Below, piece by piece: positions 22,353 to 34,863 of a stretch of 64,000 nt of DNA. Below the pieces are notes generated by a model. That model made no database searches, was not told the origin of the DNA, and saw nothing but the letters and a program-made list of their open reading frames with translations. How positions within the stretch are numbered: the stretch's first letter is position 1; each line of letters begins with the position of its first letter. Location: contig CM075981.1 in the NCBI GenBank assembly GCA_038087875.1, forward strand, positions 13,268,001-13,332,000. The letters run 5' to 3'. Source of the DNA: Malacoraja senta (Eukaryota). A program made the translations under genes and the position numbers.

Positions 22353-24978
22353 TGTGGCAGTTGCTGGGAAGTTGGCTACTCCCTGGTTCACCCCCCTCGA
22401 CACTTAATATACTGGTCCGGGGGCGGGGCCCAGCTACGAGTTTAAGGGCAGTTGGCAGTTTGTGTGGCAGTTGGTCTTCAGTCTCCCACTGAAGCAGAGA
22501 GTAGTGTGCTGTGTTAATTAAAGCCTTTACAGAATTCACCTGGCTTCTCGCCTTCATTCCGGGCTTTCCACGCACCCGCTGCACTGGTGACCCTCGACAT
22601 TTCGTCGCAAGTCGTGATGGACCCGAATATGCTTCAGGACTCACACCCGGTCAACCGCCCTTGGCCCAGGCCGGCGCCGCCGATCTCCACACCGTCGCGC
22701 TGAAGCTGCCTACCCTGTGGACCGACGAGCCCGAAATATGGTTTTACCAGGCCGAGGTGCAGTTTGCACTACGGGGCGTGACGGCAGATACCACTAAGTA
22801 CTACCTGCCAAGGTAGACGCTGTGCGCCAGTTTCCACGACCGGCCACCGTGAGGGGCCTCCAGGAATCCGTCGGGATGGTGGCCTTCTACCACCGTTTTG
22901 TACCGTCCGCGGCCAGGATCATGCGCCCGCTGTTTCACCTCATGGCGGGCAAACGAAAGGAGTTTGAATAGACTGATGAAGCGGTGGCGGCGTTCCACCA
23001 GGCCAAGGAGGCCCTGGCTAGGGCCACGATGCTCGTGCACCCACGGTCGGATGCACCAATCGGGGCTGACGGTCGACGCATCCAAGGTAGCGGTTGGTGC
23101 GGTGCTGGAGCAGCTGATCGACAGGCGTTGGCGGCCTCTGCCATTCTTCAGCAGGCACCTCAGCGGCGCACAGCGGCACTACAGTACCTTTGACCGCGAG
23201 CTCCTCACCCTTTACCTCAGCGTGCACCACTTCCGTTATTTTTTGGAGGGGCGGACATTTGCAGCTTACACGGACCAGAAGCCCCTCACCTTTGCGTTTG
23301 CCAAGGTTTCCAACCTGTGGTCCGCTCGTCAGCAGCATCAGTTGGCGTTCATCTCGCAATACACTACCTCCATTTGTTTCATCGAGGGCAAAGACATCAG
23401 AGTAGCCAATGCCTTGTCTCATCCCGCGGTCAATGCCGATTTGCAGATGTCCGACGGCATTGACTACTCAGCCCCTGGCTGCCGCCCAGCTTGACGGATG
23501 GGGAGATGTCCGCCTATCGTACCGCAGTTTTGGGCCTGCGGTTGGAAGCGTTCCATGTGGCCCCGGAGGTGCGAGGCTGCTGTGCGACATCTCGACTCGC
23601 CCATCATCCCCATCGCCTGGCGGCGCAGAGTGTTCGAGGTGCTCCATGGGCTGGTCCACCCTTCCATTCAGGCGACGACGGCACTCGTGGCTTCCCATTT
23701 CATGTGGCACGGGTTGCGCAAGCAGGTTGGACATTTGGCGCGTACCTGCATCCCATGCCAAACTGCCAAGGTACAGAGGCATGTTTGGGCACCGGTCCAT
23801 GCGGTCTGCGTCCCACGCCAGCGGTTTGACCATATCCACGTGTACATCGTGGGGCCGCTGCCACCTTCTTGGAGCTTCACCCACCTCCGGACCATGGTCG
23901 ACCATTTCACGCGGTGGCCGGAAGCGGTTCCATTGAATGACACCTCTGCGGCCACTTGTGCCCGTGCTTTAGCGGCACACTGGATTGCCCGATTCGGAGT
24001 GCCGCTGGACATTACATCCGACCGGGGGCCTCAGTTCACATCTGAACTGTGGACGGCCATGGCCTCCCCAGGGTTAACCACGGCGTATCATCCGCAGGCG
24101 AATGGCTTGGTGGAGCGTTTCCACCGGCAACTCAACGATTCCCTGAACGCTCGGCTCAAGGACCCGGACTGGGTCGACGCATTGCCGTGGGTTTTGCTGG
24201 GTGTCCGCACCGCACCCAAAGAGGACTTGGCCACCTCCTCAGCTGAGTTGGTGTATGAGGCCCCACTGACAGTGCCCGGTGAGTTTATCCCATCAGCACA
24301 GGGCCAGACGGAGCAGCCATCAGCCGCCCTGCAACGGCTCCGAGACACGGTGGGCAAGCTGGCACCGGTGCTGACGTCTCGCCACGGTTCATGTAGGCCA
24401 CACGTTCCTTCAGCTCTCCAGGACCGCCTGTTTGTTTTCCTGCGTCGGGACGTGCACCGGACGCCTCTTCAGTGGCCGTACGAAGGACCATTCAAGGTCC
24501 TCGAGCGTGGCCCACATTCGTTTTGGACATGGGGGGTCATCGTGAGACAGTCTCCGTTGCGCGGCTGAAGCCGACACATGTGGACATCAGCCAGCCGGTG
24601 CTACTTGCGCGGCCTCGCCCTCGGGGTCGCCCTCCGTTCCGGCCCTTTCCACAAGCGCCCGTGCCGCCACCTTCACCTGGCAGTGTGTCGCCGGTTCCTA
24701 CGCCTGCCATGGTGCGCACACGGGCTGGTCGTATCGTACGTCCCCCTGTCCGTTTCATGCCTCCGTGTCTTGGGGGGGGGGGGTCCTGTGGCGGTTGCTG
24801 GGAAGTAGGCTGGTTCACCCCCCTCGGCACTTAATGGACTGGCCCAGCTACGAGTTTAAGGGCAGTTGGTCTTCAGTCTCCCACTGAAGCAGAGAGTAGT
24901 GTGCTGTGTTAATTAAAGCCTTTACAGAATTCACCTGGCTTCTCGCCTTCATTCCGGGTTTTCCACGCACCCGCTACA
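22353..24978 (+). mobile_element. Gypsy LTR retrotransposon (CsRn1/Kabuki-like), internally deleted and frameshifted
   Basis: LTRs 22353-22583 and 24787-24978 (TG..CA), CACT TSD, tRNA-Trp-like PBS TGGTGACCCTCGAC, poly-G PPT; gag VALKLPTLW..WF.QAE.QF; RNase H VDAS..AVGAVL..YSTFDRELL; integrase HHCC, ITSDRGPQF, AYHPQANGLVERFHRQL. Confidence 0.95.
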
Positions 24979-26472
24979 CACTATTAGTTAATATGCACCT
25001 ATCCAAAACCTGCTGTTTAAATTCCAACTCACTATGAACCCCTTTACCAACCTACCAGTGTATAGTGATACACATCACTTCATAGTCCCACTACATTAAA
25101 ACATTTTAATTACAGTTAATATTTTCAAATACCACCATGTGCTTGTTGCTCCTTATCTCTATAATCTCCCATCCCTTCAATCGTTCAAATTATATGTGTT
25201 CCTCCAATTCTCTCTGCACATTCCCTATCTTAATGGTATCACCTTGATGTTAGCTGCGTTTAGGATTTCTTAAATCTGTTTTGGTCTCCTGTACTTCCTT
25301 TAAGTTAATCTAAGAGACTTTCAAGCTAAACTGTAGACATTCCCAATCAGTGGAGTTACAGTGATATTTGTATAACCACTGAGGGGCGCTAATTAGCTTC
25401 AAACATTTACGTGTTCTAAAAAGTCGAGCAGAACATTTAAACAAAGATAGACACAAATTGCTGGAGTAACTCAGCAGGACAGGCAGCATCTCTGGAGAGA
25501 AGGAATGGGTATCGTTTCGGGTCGAGACACTTCTTCAGACTGGGAGTCAAGGGAGAGAGATATAGAGATATGGAAGGGTAAGGTGTGAACATGGCAGATC
25601 ATAGGGATTCAGTCTGAAGAAAGGTCTCTTTGTGTCTATCTTCATATCAAAGGGGATGATAATCTAGGAAAATGTAGAATGGTTCATCGTTAGCTCAGGG
25701 GAAGGTGACAATGAGGCATACCACCAGGTTGGGGCTGGGATGGCGAGTGAGGGAAAGGAAGACAAGCTGCCTGTCCCGTTGAGTTACTCCAGCATTTTGT
25801 GTCTATCTTCAGTGTAAACCAGCATCTGCAGTTGCATCCCACACATTTAAACAAAGGGCAGCCAAGCATGGACCTCAATGAAGAATAAACACTAGTTGGT
25901 AGCAATTGTAAGGTTTGGCAATATCATTCCAATTATTGACATATACCACAGATTTCAATATATAAGCATGTCCTGCATTAATAGAATGCTGTGGTTAGTC
26001 TTACGTCAATATGCTCATTCCTGTTCAGGCAACATTAACACATTGAATGGAGATTTATTTTTAAATAATCAGTCATTAGCTAAGGCACAGTAAAAAAAAA
26101 AGAGAAGTATTTTATAGGCTATTTTGGATTTAATATTGTCTGACAAGAATTTGTTAATTGATTACCTAAAACCAGGGGGGCATTTAGGGAAGTGAATGGC
26201 CAACAAAATGAAAAAAATATACCGGTATAGTGATTTAGTTCAAGCTGATGTTTGGTTCTTGAATCTCAATAAACTAAACTACAATGTGGAGGCTTTGGGG
26301 AGGGTACTGAGATGTTCACCAGAATGCTGCATGGAATAGAGGGTATTGGCGAAAAGGAGAGATTGGACAAACAGAGACGGAAGGATGACCTGACAGAAGT
26401 TTTTTAAATTCTGAAAGGCATTGAACAATTTTCCCACGTTGGAAATGTTACAAAGTAGCGAGCAGAGCTTTA

Positions 26473-27022
26473 AAGGCCTGTCTCACGAGTCTGCGGTCAT
26501 TGGCGGCGAAACGGGAAGAATCTACCGCTCCTGGGCCGCCATAGACCGCGCACTCGGTCAAACGCACAATTCCGGGGCCGTGCGGCGTTGTTCCCAACAC
26601 CGCACGGTGCTAAAATAAAACCAACACTGTTCAAAAATATGTCCCTACCACACAGCCTCCGCCAGTGAGGCACGAGTGCGGCACGGCCGCCGCCACAGCC
26701 ACCGCCAGTGTGGCTCGAGCGCCGTGCGTCGAACTTGCACCGCCACAGCCTCCGCCAGTGAGGCACGTGTGCGGCACGGCCGCCGCCACAGCCACCGCTA
26801 CAGCGCCGCGATCAGGACGGCCGCCGCCACAGCCCCGCAGATCCAAAATGACGTCATCGCAGTCGGCCCGCCCTTTTTTTTACTTACCGCAAGCACGTGG
26901 GACCAGCCGTATTTAAATCACTCGGCCCCCGCGCAGCATCCGTGCGGCGCTCCCGTGGGGTCCACTCTACAGGCGAAGCCGCGCTTCACCGCCGATGACC
27001 GCAACACCGTAAGACAGAGCCT
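26473..27022. mobile_element. PIF/Harbinger-like MITE (same family as 38386-38966, opposite orientation) inserted in a CR1 tail
   Basis: AAGGCCTGTCTCACG..CGTAAGACAGAGCCT, TTA TSD; internal GC-rich gccagtgaggcac..gccacagcc repeats. Confidence 0.85.
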
Positions 27023-27469
27023 TTAAGGTCTGAGAATTGAAAGTTCAAAGGAGATGTGCAGGGCAAGTTTCTTGCCTGGAATGCGCAGCCAGGGGTGGTG
27101 GTGGAAACAGTAATGATGATGGCATTTCAGAGGCATGTGAATATGCAGCGAATGAGGGACATGGAGCATGTGCACGCAGAATGGAGTAGTTTAATTTGGC
27201 ATTGTTCTTGGCGCAGATATGGGCTGAAGGGCCTGTTCTTGTGCTGTACCGTTCTATGATTTATGTACAAAGCTAAAGGCATTAATTGTCTATTGTGGAT
27301 TTGGAAACGATATTAAAAGGTAAAACAATCAGTAATTAGGCTGTTGCAGGGGCTGGTCCTGGGGCCCTAGTTTCTCTCAAGCAATATTAATGATTACAAT
27401 GTGGGGATTAAATATAATTATTTCAAGAGTCAAGAGTGTTTAACTGCCATATTTAACTCCAGACATTTT

Positions 27470-27825
27470 CCAAGCCGCTGAGGAGTGTTTTACCTGACGT
27501 CGGAGTTCCAGCTTTCCGGCAAAGAGGGCCTGAAAACATCGGCCTGGCTGTGGAGGCCACAAATAGGCCCCGACCTCGGGTGTTTCACAGAGGAAGAGGA
27601 CTTAACTTTTTGTTGCCTTTCCCCACAGTGGAAAATGTTGATTCTGTTGTGGGGGGACGTTCTTGTTGAATTCTATGTCATTTTGCTGATTTTTAATTTT
27701 TCTATGGATGTACGGAAACGTTATTATTTCTTTTATTATTTATTTTATGTAAAGCACTTTGGTTTCAACGCTAGTTGTTTTAAACGTGCTATATAAATAA
27801 AATTTACTTACTTACTTACTTACTA
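27470..27825 (+). mobile_element. GC-rich non-autonomous retroelement (copy D), 5'-truncated, L2-type tail
   Basis: CCCCACAGTGG..TTGTGGGGGGACGT hairpin; TGTAAAGCACTTTG..TGCTATATAAATAAA(TTAC)n. Confidence 0.7.
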
Positions 27826-28579
27826 ATATGTATGGGGTTGGTACAGGAAAGTGGAATGAAGGTAAAAGATCAGTCACAATCTTATGAAATGGCAGAGGAG
27901 GCATGAGGGACAAGTAGCCTGCTCCTGTTTATATTTTTACGTAGAAACAACCCTTCTTCAGACCCTGTCAAATAATAGGCTGCTTTCCCCTTGATGGTGT
28001 TGACTTTTTTTATGGGTTGCTGATGCTGCACTCATCCATCCATACTTCTGCCATGTGAATGATGGAAAGGCTGTAGAGATTCAGTTGCAGTAGAACACCT
28101 AAGTCTTTGATTTCTGGCTTTTTCCTATCTCCTGTTCCCTCCCCTCTACTTTAGGTCTGAAGAAGGGTACCGACCCGAAACATCACCCATCCTTTTTCTC
28201 CAGAGATGCTGCCTGACCCGCTGATTTACTCCAGCACTTTGTGTCTATATTTGATCTTTATCCTCCTTATTCTTGAAACACACAAAATTTATATGTTGGC
28301 TTATATTTAGAGCAGTTCAACAAGAAACAAAAGCTTGAAAGCATGTACCATCAGATTCAAGAACAGCTTCTTCACCACTATTATAATTCTCTTGAATGGA
28401 TCTCTTGTGTTAAGGATATTTACCCGATCATCCAATCTACCTCGTTGCGGCCCTTGAACTTTTTGCAGCATCTCTGGAAAACAAAGATAGGTGACGTTTT
28501 GGGACACTTTAGTCACTTATCCATGTTTTCTAGACATGCTGCCTGATTTGCTGAGTTACTCCAGCATTTTGTGTCTTTT

Positions 28580-29760
28580 CTTCACTAATATCTATGCCCT
28601 TCATAACTTTATGAGGTTACCCATCAGCCTCCTATAATCCAGTGAAAATAAACCTAGCCTATCCAATCTCTTTTCAACCTACAATTCCAGACACTATCCT
28701 GGTGAATCTCTTCTGCACTGTCTCTATTGCTAACACATTCTTCCTGCAGTGTGGTGACCAGAACTGACAAAGTGCAGTCCAACTAGGCGGCAAGGGCGGC
28801 ACTGTGGTGCAGCGGTAGAGTTGTTGCCTTAGAGCGCTTGCAGCGCCAGAGACCCGGGTTCGATCCCGACTATAGGTGCTGTCTATACAGAGCTTGTACC
28901 TTCTCCCCGTTTTCTCCGAGATCTTCGGTTTCCTCCCACACTCCAAAGACGTACAGGTTTGTAGGTTAATTGGCTTTGTATAAGTGTAAAAATTGTCCCT
29001 AATGTGTGTGTAGGATAGCGTTAATGTGCAGGGATCGCTGGTCGGTGCGGACTCAGTGGACCGAAGGGCCTGTTTCCGTGCTGTATCTCTAAACTAAACT
29101 AAACTAATATATTGTATCCCTGCAACATGATGTCCCAACTCTTATACCCAATACCTTCAAGGGCAAACATAATAAATGCCTTCGTCACTACCTTATCCAC
29201 CAATGCCACCACTTCGGTGAACTACGGACTTTTATCCCAAGGCCCTCAGTACATCAATGCTCCAAAGGTCTTTCCCCTTTACTCTATAAATCCTACCAGA
29301 ATTTGACTTCCCAAAGTACTTTACCTCACAGTTGTCTGGATTAAATTCCACCTATCTTTCCAAGTGATCTATGTCCCACTGTATCCCTAGACAACCTTCT
29401 TTGCTGTCTACGATTTTTAAATCATCTACAAACTTACTAATCAGACCATCTATTTTTTCATCCAAGTAATTTCTATAATTACAAGCAAGAAAGGTTCCGA
29501 TGCCGAATCCCTCTGTCACAGAGTTCCAGTCACACCCACCCAACACTATCCAACGTTTCTTATCACCAAGCCAATTTTGGATCCAGTGTACCCCTTCCTT
29601 AACTCCAGCCTCCACATCCTTCCCCTGGTGAATTCCAATGAGAAGAACCATGCTCATATCCACTGGCACAACACATAGATTATCCCTCTGGTCCTTAGCT
29701 ACCCTCTTGCGTCCTATATGAAAGGTTTTAGGATTTTCTTTAATCCTACTTGCCTGAAGG
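28580..29760 (-). mobile_element. Old CR1 LINE fragment, interrupted by an HE1 SINE
   Basis: QFWSPHCRKNVLAIETVQKRFTR; ISKFVDDLKI; IKENPKTF. Confidence 0.7.
28794..29107 (+). mobile_element. HE1/V-SINE, full length
   Basis: A/B boxes, V-domain, GGGCCTGTTTCCGTGCTGTATCTC(TAAAC)n tail. Confidence 0.92.
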
Positions 29761-30892
29761 ATTGCAAATGGAATTGAATGATATCTAATCATCAGCAAAT
29801 GTCCTTAATTCTTACATTATGCGGGAGAGAATGTCACCGTTGAAGCAGCTGAAGATTGTTGGGGCCTAACTCTAACTGACAAAGAGTTTTTGTCAAGATG
29901 TTTAGGATTTCAATTTTCTTGGGTTCCTCCGTGATCAAACGCTGGCATTATCTCAAGAGCACTACTTCTCATCTCACCTGTGGAATTCATATATTTTGCC
30001 CATGATGAGATCAAGGCTGTGAAAAGTCTATAATCAAATCTTCCCAGCCAGGGTGTCTATGGTCTATGGGTGACTAACTGCTGCTTGATAACACTTCCAG
30101 TGATCACTTCATTATTTTACTAATGATTGGGAGCAGATTGAGGAAGTGGTAAATAGTTGTTTTATATTTGTCCTGCTTTTCTGTGGGTGGAATAGTCTTG
30201 TGCAATCTTCCACATTGTCAGGGAGGTGTCAGTGTTGTACCTGTTCTGGAAGAGATTGACTAAAGTGTACAAATTCTGGGGCACTATCTTCGGCAATGGA
30301 GTTAGTATATTGTCAGATCCCGTGGACTATGTGATGTGCTCGCCACTATTCTTTAGTATTTCTTATTGGAATAAATCAAGTGGGCTGAAGATCAGATTGT
30401 GTGCAGTTAGGCTCTTGGTGGGAAGCCAAGATAGCATGTGAATTTGCCTGAAGATGGCTGGAAATGTCTCCATTTTATCTTAGGTGGTGAAATAATGAGC
30501 ACATATTCTTGGAGCTACCTTATCTCCCGTTAATCTATATAATTATTCACTGATAAATGAAAATCAAAAAAGTTGCAGAATAAAAATCTGAGGGAGGCAA
30601 ATGATAGTAATGTGTAGGTTTGTCTTTGACCTGCTGTTTTTATACATTATGAGATCCAGAATCAATCTTGAGAACTGAAGGCTACTCCCTGCCAATACAT
30701 AAGCACCATTCTATGCATTTTGTGTGTCAGTGCTACTGTTCAGAAGGAGATACTCAGGAACTGTGACACAACTGAGACATGAGCAGAAAGCTATGCCATT
30801 GTGACATCTACTGTTTGGCCAGGGTGTGGGATATTTCTCTGAATTTTGGTGCAACTTCTAGTTCATTTGCCTGAGAAGGCTAAAAACGGCAT

Positions 30893-31337
30893 AATCATAA
30901 ACATAGAATGGTACAGCACATGAACAGGCCCTTCATCCCACAATATCAGTGCCAAACATGATGCCAAGATCAACCTATTTCATCTGCCTTCACATGATCT
31001 ATAACCCCACCTTTCCTGCATTTCCATGTGCCTATCTAATAGCCTCTTACATGCCATTACTATATCTGCTTTCTAAGCACTCACCAATCCTTTGTTTAAA
31101 AACCTTGCCCCATTCATTTTCTTTAAACTTTGCTCCTCAAACCTTAAAGATATGTCCTTTAATATTTGACATTTCCACCCTGTGGAAGAGTTTCTATCTA
31201 CCATATCTATGCCACATAATTTTATACACTTCTATCAGGTCTGTCCTCATCCTCCAGCGTTCCAGAGAAAATAATCTAAATGTATCCAATCTCTCCTTGC
31301 AGCTAACACCATTCAATCCAGGCAGTATTCTGATAAA
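30893..31337 (-). mobile_element. CR1 3' fragment
   Basis: Reverse complement of the CR1 3' UTR (GAAGGGCCTGTT..GTGCTGTAC) and RT end. Confidence 0.7.
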
Positions 31338-33431
31338 CAGGTCACGTCCAAATCATTGGGACTTTTTCAGTGGGAAGTAGTGCATCAGCTTCCCTCTTCG
31401 CTACATGGGTTTTGATACAATTCGGGGATATAGTTGGCTATTTGATAATGCAGTATAAAGCCAACCATGTTGCTTTCGGTGTGGAGTTTGATTGAACTAG
31501 GCAGAAGGGACAGAAGTTTAGGGGTAACATTAGGGGGAACTTCTTTACTCAGAGAGTGGTAGCTGTGTGGAATGAGCTTCCAGTGGAAGTGGTGGAGGCT
31601 GGTTCGATTTTATCCTTTAAAAATAGATTGGATGGGTATATGGACGGGAAAGGAATGGAGGGTTATGGTCTGAGTGCAGGTAGATGGGACTAGGGGGAAG
31701 TATCTTTTTTTTTTTAAATGTTCGGCACGGACTTGAAGGGCCGAGATGGCCTGTTTCCGTGCTGTAATGGTTATATGGTTATATGGCTTATGTGGCCATG
31801 GCAACAGACTTACTTCCCTACAGGACATGAATACCGGTAAATCAAGTGGGTTTTTAATGACCTTTAATGATTTTGCGATTACTATTACTCAGTTTTTTTT
31901 AACTTCCAGAATATTTTTCCATTGTTGCTACAATGAGATTCACACCCATGTTACCAGTAAATTTAGTGTAAGCCTCTGGGTGACTCACCCAACATAATGA
32001 CATTTGTTGCGAAATAAAATTATCAGCTGACATTCCATAGATAAGAAACTGATCCTGAGACCTTTCTAGTCTGTGTGCTTCAGTTATAGAAGAAGCAGTG
32101 GCTTTATCTGCTGGCTTTATCTGCTGGCTTTAAGCCTGAAGCTTGATTAATCCCATCAACTGATTCCTGAACTTGAGATAAAATTGCTTCATGCTGCAGC
32201 ACTTGTTAGTCACATTTCTGCAAGTTAAACTACAAGAACTACTCTCCAGGAGGCCCACACTCGGTTTCTGCCTTAGCCAGGGCATCATACCATCATACCA
32301 AGTTTTTCTCCCAAGCTTTCATAAATATTGGTTAATGCTTGTCAGGGAACAGCTTTCTTTCTTCTGATCTTTAAAATTAAACCATGAAAATGTTTTAAGA
32401 TGACGAGAAACACCTCAACCTTTTCCTTAACTTTGTTCTTCTGAATTGCTTGCATCAGTGAATACTAAATAGACCTTTAGAATGGAGATGAGGAGGGATT
32501 TCATTAGCCAAAGGGTGGTGAATCTGTGGATTTCATTGCCACGGAAGTCTGTGGAGGACAAGTCATTGAGTATTTTAAGGTTGGGATTGACAGGTTCTTG
32601 ATTAATAAGGGCATCAAAGGTTACAGGGAGAAGGCAGGAGAATGAGGTTGAGATGGGACAAATATATCTGCCATGATTGAATGGCAGAGCAGATTCGGTG
32701 GGCTGAATGGCCTATTTCTACTCCTATGCTTAAGGTCTTTCATTCCATAAGGTTGTGGAGGCTAGATTATTGGAACTATAGTACCTGTAAAGCTACAGCA
32801 AGAATGTCATTGTCTGAAGAACGGCCTCAACCTGAAAAGTCACGTATCCATGTTCTCCAGAGATGCTGCTGGACCTACTGAGTTATTTGTATCCTGTTGT
32901 GCAAGAATTTAATTGTCTTATGCACCAGGGTCGAAACACTCTTGACTCTTATTTAAAAAAGAGCCACATAATTTTTTTGAAAGTTTGAGGAATTCAGGGC
33001 TATGGAGAATTAGCAAAGAAGAGGAGTTGCGTACTTGGGTAGATCAGCCATATTGAATAGCGGGCAGGCTTGAGGGGCAAGGGGGTCTCTACCTGCTGCT
33101 ATTTTCCTGTCATATAGTTCCTGGGGACTGCAGGATATTGCTAAGGTGTCCACCACCTACCTTTGAGACTTGCATTTAAATATAAAGTTCCAGAGGGCTG
33201 TTGGAATCCACAGGATCATCCCCCACTGAGTCAAACAAAGGCTAGACAATGAATAAATGCTCTGTAAAAATGTCAGATTCCGTTTAGTTATCCTCAGCGA
33301 TTTTGTGGCAAGGATTATAAATTAACCTGATGCTTTATGAAGCTAGCTGTCATCTCCTGGGCCGAGCACACAGCTGCGTGAAGGTAGAAGTCAGCACCTG
33401 CCTGATTTTGGAATGCTGCCAATTAGTTCTG

Positions 33432-33897
33432 GATAGACACAAAATGCTGGAGTAACTCAGCGGGACAGGCAGCATCCCTGGAGAGAATGAATGGGTGACG
33501 TTTCGGGTCGAGACCCTTCAGACTGATGTCAGGGGAGTGGGCGGGAAAAAGATAGAATGTAGTCAGAGACAGTAAGACTGGTGGGAGAACTGGGAAGGGG
33601 GAGGGGATAGAGAGGGTAAGCAAGGGCTATTTGAAGTTAGCGAAGTCAATGTTCATACCACTGGGGTGTAAACTACTCAAGCAAAATATGAGGTGCTGTT
33701 CCTCCAATTTGCGCTGGACCTCACTCTGACAATGGAGGAGGCCCCGGACAGAAAGGTCAGATTGCGAATGGGATGGGGAGTTGAAGTGCTGAGCAACCGG
33801 GAGATCAGGTCAGTTAAGATGGACTCTCGACCCGAAACATCACCCATTCCTTCTTCCCAGTGATGCTGCCAGTCCCACTGAGTTGCTCCAGCATTTT
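33432..33897 (-). mobile_element. Penelope 3' fragment with inverted pLTR (continues at 34864-34912)
   Basis: Minus-strand pLTR + GIY-YIG end, then a plus-strand pLTR split by element A. Confidence 0.8.
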
Positions 33898-34863
33898 CCG
33901 GAAGTGGCGGCGCTGTCGTACAGCAGCGGCTCGCCTGCAGTCCGTCTGTTTTTACTTTTTTTGTTGTTTTCTTTTGTCCTGTTTTAGTTAAATTTTAGTT
34001 TATTGGGTTGTGTATGTGTGGGGTGGGGGGGTGAAACATGACTTTTGTCTCTTCCTTCGGGGGAATGCGACTTTTTCTTCTCGTATCCCCCTTCTCTGCC
34101 TCCGTCTGCGCTGAGGCCAAAATGGCGGAGCTGCCGGCCTCCAACTCCAACTGCGAGCGACCGACCGACCTCGAGGCTCCGGAGTCAGAGCCAGGACTTA
34201 CCAGCGCGAGGCTGGCCAACTTCGGGGCTGCGGTGGCGTTCCAGCGGTGGCGACCGAGGACACTGGTGGCGACCTGAATCCGGAGGCTCGGCCGCAGCTG
34301 GCCCAGTGGACGACATCTTCGGGAGCGCGAGGCTGGCCAACTTCGGGGCTGCGGTGGCGTACCGGCGGTGGCGACCGAGGACACTGGTGGCGACCTGAAT
34401 CCGGAGGCTCGGCCGCGGGCCCAGTGGACGACATCGTCGGGAGCGCGCAGGTCACAGGTTGGTGACCTGTTTTTCTGGGGCTCCAGCAACTACAGCTGCG
34501 TCCGCTGGACTGGAGGGCGGCAGCTTCGGCAGCTTCGACCACCCCGGGCCACGGAGTTTGAGCCGGCCCGTCGCGGAGCACGGATTTGGCCGCGTGACTG
34601 GCTTACCGTCGCCCGGCGGGGTCACAGCATCAGAAGCCTGGATCGCCTCAGCGCAGAGGGAGAACAAAGCGGGAAGAGATAGAGACTTTAAGACTTTTGC
34701 CTCCATCACAGTGAGGAGGTGCCTGGTGAACTCACTGTGGTGGATGTTAATTTGTGTTTATTGTGTGTTTTGTCATTTATTATTATATGTATGACTGCAG
34801 GCAACGAAATTTCGTTCAGACCGAAAGGTCTGAATGACAAATAAAGGAATCTCTAATCTCTAA
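33898..34863 (+). mobile_element. GC-rich non-autonomous retroelement (copy A), apparently full length, Rex1/Babar-type tail
   Basis: ATTTT TSD (33893-97, 34864-68); starts CCGGAAGTGGCGGCG..CTGCAGTCCGTC; ~121-bp internal tandem duplication (34203-34447); CACAGTGAG..CTCACTGTG hairpin; tail AATTTCGTTCAGACC-GAAA-GGTCTGAATGACAAATAAAG(AATCTCT)n. Confidence 0.8.

Noticed and set aside
25376-25391. CTCF-like site ccactgaggggcgcta
   Set aside because: The core AG is swapped and there is no other support; too weak to call
33898-33950. HDV-like ribozyme at the head of the GC-rich family
   Set aside because: A P1-like pairing (GGCGG/CCGTC) exists, but no P1.1/P4/P2 can be built because a T-rich tract follows
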